A stretch of 64,000 nt of DNA from Deltaproteobacteria bacterium (lineage in GTDB: Bacteria > Desulfobacterota > Binatia > UBA9968): the NCBI GenBank assembly GCA_016874755.1, contig VGTH01000009.1, forward strand, positions 4,933 through 68,932. Reading direction: 5' to 3'. Of this stretch, positions 60,387 through 64,000 are shown one piece after another; position 1 is the stretch's first letter, and every line of letters starts with the position of its first letter. A program made the position numbers and the translations under genes. The notes beneath the pieces were generated by a model that was not told where the DNA came from, made no database searches, and worked only from the letters and a program-made list of their open reading frames with translations.

Positions 60387-61424
60387 ATGGCTGTCATCCA
60401 ACTCGATAAGATTACGAAACGCTTCAACGAAGTGTTCGCAGTCAAAGGCTGCGATCTCGAGGTCGCGTCGGGCGAGATCTTGGCTCTGTTGGGCCCATCG
60501 GGGTCCGGTAAGACGACCTTATTGCGGCTGATTGCCGGATTTGAAAAACCCAACGACGGCAAGATCGTCATCGGCGACCGCACCGTCGTCGACGTAGCCC
60601 AGAGCATTTGGCTGCCGGCCGAAGCCCGCGGCGTTGGCATGGTGTTTCAGGACTATGCCCTGTTTCCCCATCTCACCGTAAGTCAAAACATCCAGTTCGG
60701 CCTAAATCAAAAAAACAAGGCGGAAAATCAGGCCCGCGTCGCCGAGCTGCTGCGCGTCACCGAGTTGCAACCCTACTCCGAGCGTTACCCGCACGAGTTG
60801 TCCGGCGGCCAACAGCAGCGCGTCGCGCTGGCGCGTGCGCTGGCGCCGCGCCCGCCGGTGGTCTTGCTTGACGAAGCGTTCAACGGCCTCGATCCGGAGC
60901 TGCGACCGCAAATGCGCAAAGAAGTGGCGGCGGTCCTGCGCCAGATGAAAACCGCTGCGGTGCTGGTCACCCACGACCAGGAGGAAGCCCTCGGCATGGC
61001 CGACAAAGTAGTGGTGATCCGCAATGGCGAAGTGCAACAGGTGGGATCACCGGAGGACGTCTATCACAGCCCGGCGACGGTCTTTGTCGCTAATTTCGTT
61101 GGCCATGCTGATTTCATTCCGGGTGTGGTCGCCAATGAACGGGTGCAGACAGAGTTCGGCGAATTTCCCTGCGGCACGCGTGTCGCTAGCGGGCCGGTGC
61201 AAGTGATGATTCGCCATGAAGCGGTCAACGCCAAACCCGGCGGCGTCCTCGCCACGGTTGAAGAACGCGAGTTTCTCGGCGGCGAAATCCTTTACCGTCT
61301 GCGCCTCCCCTCCGGCGCGACGGTTCATTTCGAGCAACGCCGCCCCGTGCACTGGCCAGTCGGCCATCAGATCGCCATCGAAGTCCATCTGCCCCACGCC
61401 GTCGTCTTCCCCGAGCCTCAATAG
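60387..61424 (+). CDS. fbpC: ABC transporter ATP-binding protein (Fe(3+) importer FbpC-like, C-terminal TOBE domain)
   Basis: Walker A GPSGSGKTT, signature LSGGQQQRVALARAL, Walker B VVLLDEAF. Confidence 0.8.
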   Translation: MAVIQLDKITKRFNEVFAVKGCDLEVASGEILALLGPSGSGKTTLLRLIAGFEKPNDGKIVIGDRTVVDVAQSIWLPAEARGVGMVFQDYALFPHLTVSQNIQFGLNQKNKAENQARVAELLRVTELQPYSERYPHELSGGQQQRVALARALAPRPPVVLLDEAFNGLDPELRPQMRKEVAAVLRQMKTAAVLVTHDQEEALGMADKVVVIRNGEVQQVGSPEDVYHSPATVFVANFVGHADFIPGVVANERVQTEFGEFPCGTRVASGPVQVMIRHEAVNAKPGGVLATVEEREFLGGEILYRLRLPSGATVHFEQRRPVHWPVGHQIAIEVHLPHAVVFPEPQ

Positions 61425-61638
61425 GCAACAATTTCGCCTGAGTTTGCGCTCGTAGGGTGGCAGCTTCGCCGTCAGCCCATACCTGCGCCATGAGCTTAAG
61501 TGCTAATTGACAAAGCCCGATGTTTTGATTATACGAAGATTTATAATTTGGTTCGCAGCAAATAGAGTTTGCCGAATTCGCATTCATGTTGACAGCGGGT
61601 AGCAACATTGAAACTGAGCTAGGCCAATCGGAGGAATC

Positions 61639-62679
61639 TTGAAACCCTTTTCGCGCGCGAAATTGTTGAGTTATGCACTGACACTGGCGCTGCTTTCGTG
61701 GTCTGCCGTGGCCCAGACGCAGTCAAAAACTTTGAACCTCTACACCGCGCGCCACTATTCCACCGATGAGGCATTCTATAGCGGCTTTACGAAACTGACC
61801 GGCATCAAGATCAACCGCATCGAAGGCGGCGAAGACGCCCTCTTCGAGCGCATCAAAGCGGAGGGCGCAGCCAGCCCAGCGGATGTTTTTCTCACCGTCG
61901 ATGTCGCGCGCATCTGGCGCGCCGAGCAGGCAGGGATTTTTGAAGCGCTCAAGTCGGCCGTATTGACCAAGCAAGTACCGGCGCATTTTCGTGCCGCCAA
62001 CAACACCTGGTTCGGCTTCTCGTCGCGCGCCCGAGTCATCGCCTACGACCGCAGCAAGGTGAGCCCCGGCGACATCGCGCGCTACGAAGACTTGGCGGGT
62101 CCAAAATGGAAGAAAGAAATTTGCACGCGCTCAAGCAGTCATCCTTATAACCTCTCGCTCATCTCGAGCATGATCCATCACTTAGGCGAAGACAAAGCGC
62201 GCGAATGGGCGCGCGGCGTGGCCGGCAATCTAGCGCGGCCGCCGCGCGGCGGCGACACCGATCAACTGAAAGCGGTCGATGTTGGCGAATGTTCCATCGC
62301 CCTCGCCAATCACTACTACTACCTGCGCCTGCTGCGCTCGGCCAAAACGGAGGACCGAGCGCTGGTCGAAAGAGTCAAAATCGTCTGGCCCAACCAGAAT
62401 GATCGGGGCACCCATCTCAATATCTCGGGCGGCGGTCTGCTCAAGACCGCGCCCAACCGCGATGGCGGAATTAAGTTTCTCGAATACCTGGCGAGCGACA
62501 CCGCGCAGACTTACTTTGCCAACGGCAACAATGAATGGCCGACGGTAAAGGGCGTCAAGCTCGACAATCCCGCCCTGGAGCAGTTCGGCCGATTCCGCAC
62601 CGATTCCTTACCGCTGGCAAAGCTTGGCGAAACTCAGGCGGCGGCGCAAAAAATGGCCGATCAAGTCGGCTGGAAGTGA
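61639..62679 (+). CDS. fbpA: Fe(3+) ABC transporter substrate-binding protein
   Basis: 346 aa, signal peptide, FbpA/AfuA family (LNLYTARHYSTDEAFYSGF...). Confidence 0.8.
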   Translation: MKPFSRAKLLSYALTLALLSWSAVAQTQSKTLNLYTARHYSTDEAFYSGFTKLTGIKINRIEGGEDALFERIKAEGAASPADVFLTVDVARIWRAEQAGIFEALKSAVLTKQVPAHFRAANNTWFGFSSRARVIAYDRSKVSPGDIARYEDLAGPKWKKEICTRSSSHPYNLSLISSMIHHLGEDKAREWARGVAGNLARPPRGGDTDQLKAVDVGECSIALANHYYYLRLLRSAKTEDRALVERVKIVWPNQNDRGTHLNISGGGLLKTAPNRDGGIKFLEYLASDTAQTYFANGNNEWPTVKGVKLDNPALEQFGRFRTDSLPLAKLGETQAAAQKMADQVGWK

Positions 62680-62702
62680 TCGTCCAGCGCAGCTAGCTCG
62701 CT

Positions 62703-64000
62703 ATGACAACGCTCGCGGCCACGCTTCGCACGCGCGTTTTCAAAGAGGAATCCCTCAATCGCATCGGCGCACTCGGCTTCGTTTCGCTGGTCACGGCAGC
62801 GCTGGTCGTAGCCCCGATCGTCGCTGTGGTCTGGAATATTGTTCTGCCCAGCGAAGCGACCTGGTCGCACCTCGCCTCCACGGTCCTGCCGGAGTACATT
62901 CTCAACACTTTGTTATTGCTCGCGCTCGTCGCCGTCGGCGTGATCACGAGCGGTGTTTCAGTCGCCTGGCTGGTGACCAACTATCGATTTCCCGGCCAAC
63001 GCATTCTCGAGTGGGCACTGGTCCTGCCCATGGCGATGCCAGCCTACGTCATGGCCTACGCCTACACGGATTGGCTGCAAGCGGCCGGGCCAGTGCAAAC
63101 AACGCTGCGCGAACTAACCGGTTGGCGCGTGCGTGAATACTGGTTCCCGGAAATCCGCTCGCTGCCCGGCGCCGCCGCCATGCTTTCCTTTGCGCTCTAT
63201 CCTTATGTGTATTTGCTCGCGCGCAGCGCCTTTATCGATCAATCGCGCAGCACCCACGAAGCCGCCCAGCTCGCCGGCTACGGCGTGTGGGGACGCTTTT
63301 GGCATGTGTCGCTGCCGCTGGCGCGCACCGGCATTGTCGCCGGCGCGGCGCTCGCGTTGATGGAAACCCTGGCCGATTTTGGCACCGTTTCTTATTTTGC
63401 CGTGAACACTTTCACAACCGGCATCTATCGCGCCTGGCTATCGCTCGGCGATGCGGTGGCGGCAGGGCAGCTGGCGACCTGCTTGCTGGTGTTTGTCTTT
63501 ACCATGCTCGCCATCGAGCGCCGCCAGCGCGGCCGGGCGCGCTACGCCGGCAAGCGCAATCCCATGCCGCCGCAGCCACTGAGCGGCTGGCGAGCTTGGG
63601 GTGCTTGCGCTTTGTGCAGCGCGCCGATTGCGTTTGGCTTTGTCATTCCCGCGGCGATCTTGCTCAAACTCACGCTCACCAATCCCGAGGTACAGTTCGG
63701 CGCGCACCTCTACGGCCTGGTCTTCAATACCTTTATTCTCGCCGGCATCGCCGCCGTCGCTGCCGTCGCCGTCGCGCTCCTGCTCGCCTACGCGGCACGC
63801 ACGCTGACGAGCCCGCTGGTGCACGGCGCCAATCGCGTCGCAGTCCTAGGCTACGCGCTGCCCGGCGCGGTGATCGCCGTCGGCATTCTTTTTCCGCTCG
63901 GGATAATCGACAACGCCGTGATAGCGTTGCTGCGCGAATACTTCGGCATCAAGTCCGGACTGCTGTTAACCGGCTCCCTGGTGGCTTTGATCTATGCCTA
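62703..64000 (+). CDS. fbpB: Iron(III) ABC transporter permease FbpB, partial (continues past window end)
   Basis: Open frame from ATG 62703 to window end, multi-TM, ABC permease EAA-like loop; not in ORF track because no stop in window. Confidence 0.7.
   Translation, partial: MTTLAATLRTRVFKEESLNRIGALGFVSLVTAALVVAPIVAVVWNIVLPSEATWSHLASTVLPEYILNTLLLLALVAVGVITSGVSVAWLVTNYRFPGQRILEWALVLPMAMPAYVMAYAYTDWLQAAGPVQTTLRELTGWRVREYWFPEIRSLPGAAAMLSFALYPYVYLLARSAFIDQSRSTHEAAQLAGYGVWGRFWHVSLPLARTGIVAGAALALMETLADFGTVSYFAVNTFTTGIYRAWLSLGDAVAAGQLATCLLVFVFTMLAIERRQRGRARYAGKRNPMPPQPLSGWRAWGACALCSAPIAFGFVIPAAILLKLTLTNPEVQFGAHLYGLVFNTFILAGIAAVAAVAVALLLAYAARTLTSPLVHGANRVAVLGYALPGAVIAVGILFPLGIIDNAVIALLREYFGIKSGLLLTGSLVALIYA

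Overview
This window is a GC-rich (about 62%) bacterial chromosomal segment with around 65 genes, most of them intact and densely packed. The gene calls below come from recognising protein motifs in the supplied ORF translations; no database search was run.

**Ordinary content**
- A housekeeping block on the minus strand: rplU, rpmA, obg, proB, proA, nadD, rsfS and gpmI.
- Cell-envelope genes: PBP1A, DegP/HtrA, a GT9 heptosyltransferase, and further upstream mutM, rsmA and tsaD.
- A tctCBA tripartite tricarboxylate transporter plus a second orphan TctC.
- Two type II toxin-antitoxin pairs: Phd/YefM with ParE/RelE, and VapBC.
- A cysK gene overlapping a LarE-like PP-loop sulfur transferase.
- An accessory-looking run of oxidoreductases and hydrolases between about 27.4 and 47 kb.
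- An orphan MshE/GspE-like secretion ATPase with four MshEN-type motifs.
- An iron module at the 3' end: a DtxR regulator and fbpC, fbpA and a partial fbpB.

**Most interesting locus (53.1–57.4 kb)**
- It holds a Ro60/TROVE-vWA protein (Rsr), then a 530-bp noncoding spacer, then the RNA ligase RtcB and the RNA 3'-phosphate cyclase RtcA.
- The spacer contains three tandem Y-RNA-like elements that share one stem architecture.
- One of them carries an almost textbook, circularly permuted tRNA mimic: a T-arm GGGTTCGACTCCC, a D-arm GCTCAGCGGGAGAGC, a U8/A9-like dinucleotide, a 5-nt variable loop and a loop-closed acceptor-like stem.
- Both rtcB and rtcA, as written, are disrupted.
  - rtcB has a 1-nt frameshift.
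  - rtcA has an internal deletion of roughly 95 aa plus a frameshift.
- A nearby amidohydrolase and a small secreted-protein gene are also broken.
- This suggests either local decay of an RNA-repair module or local assembly error.

**Repeats**
The window also holds several families of structured intergenic repeats:
- two 258-bp copies at about 90% identity, each with a 27-bp-arm hairpin that covaries;
- a GGGCGACC..GGTCGCCC REP-like palindrome present at five sites;
- a CACGAAG repeat family;
- a long GGAGTG-repeat hairpin.

**Start of the window**
It opens with a partial rhomboid protease, a 2-oxoacid dehydrogenase E1-beta remnant and an IS1182/IS5-type transposase remnant.
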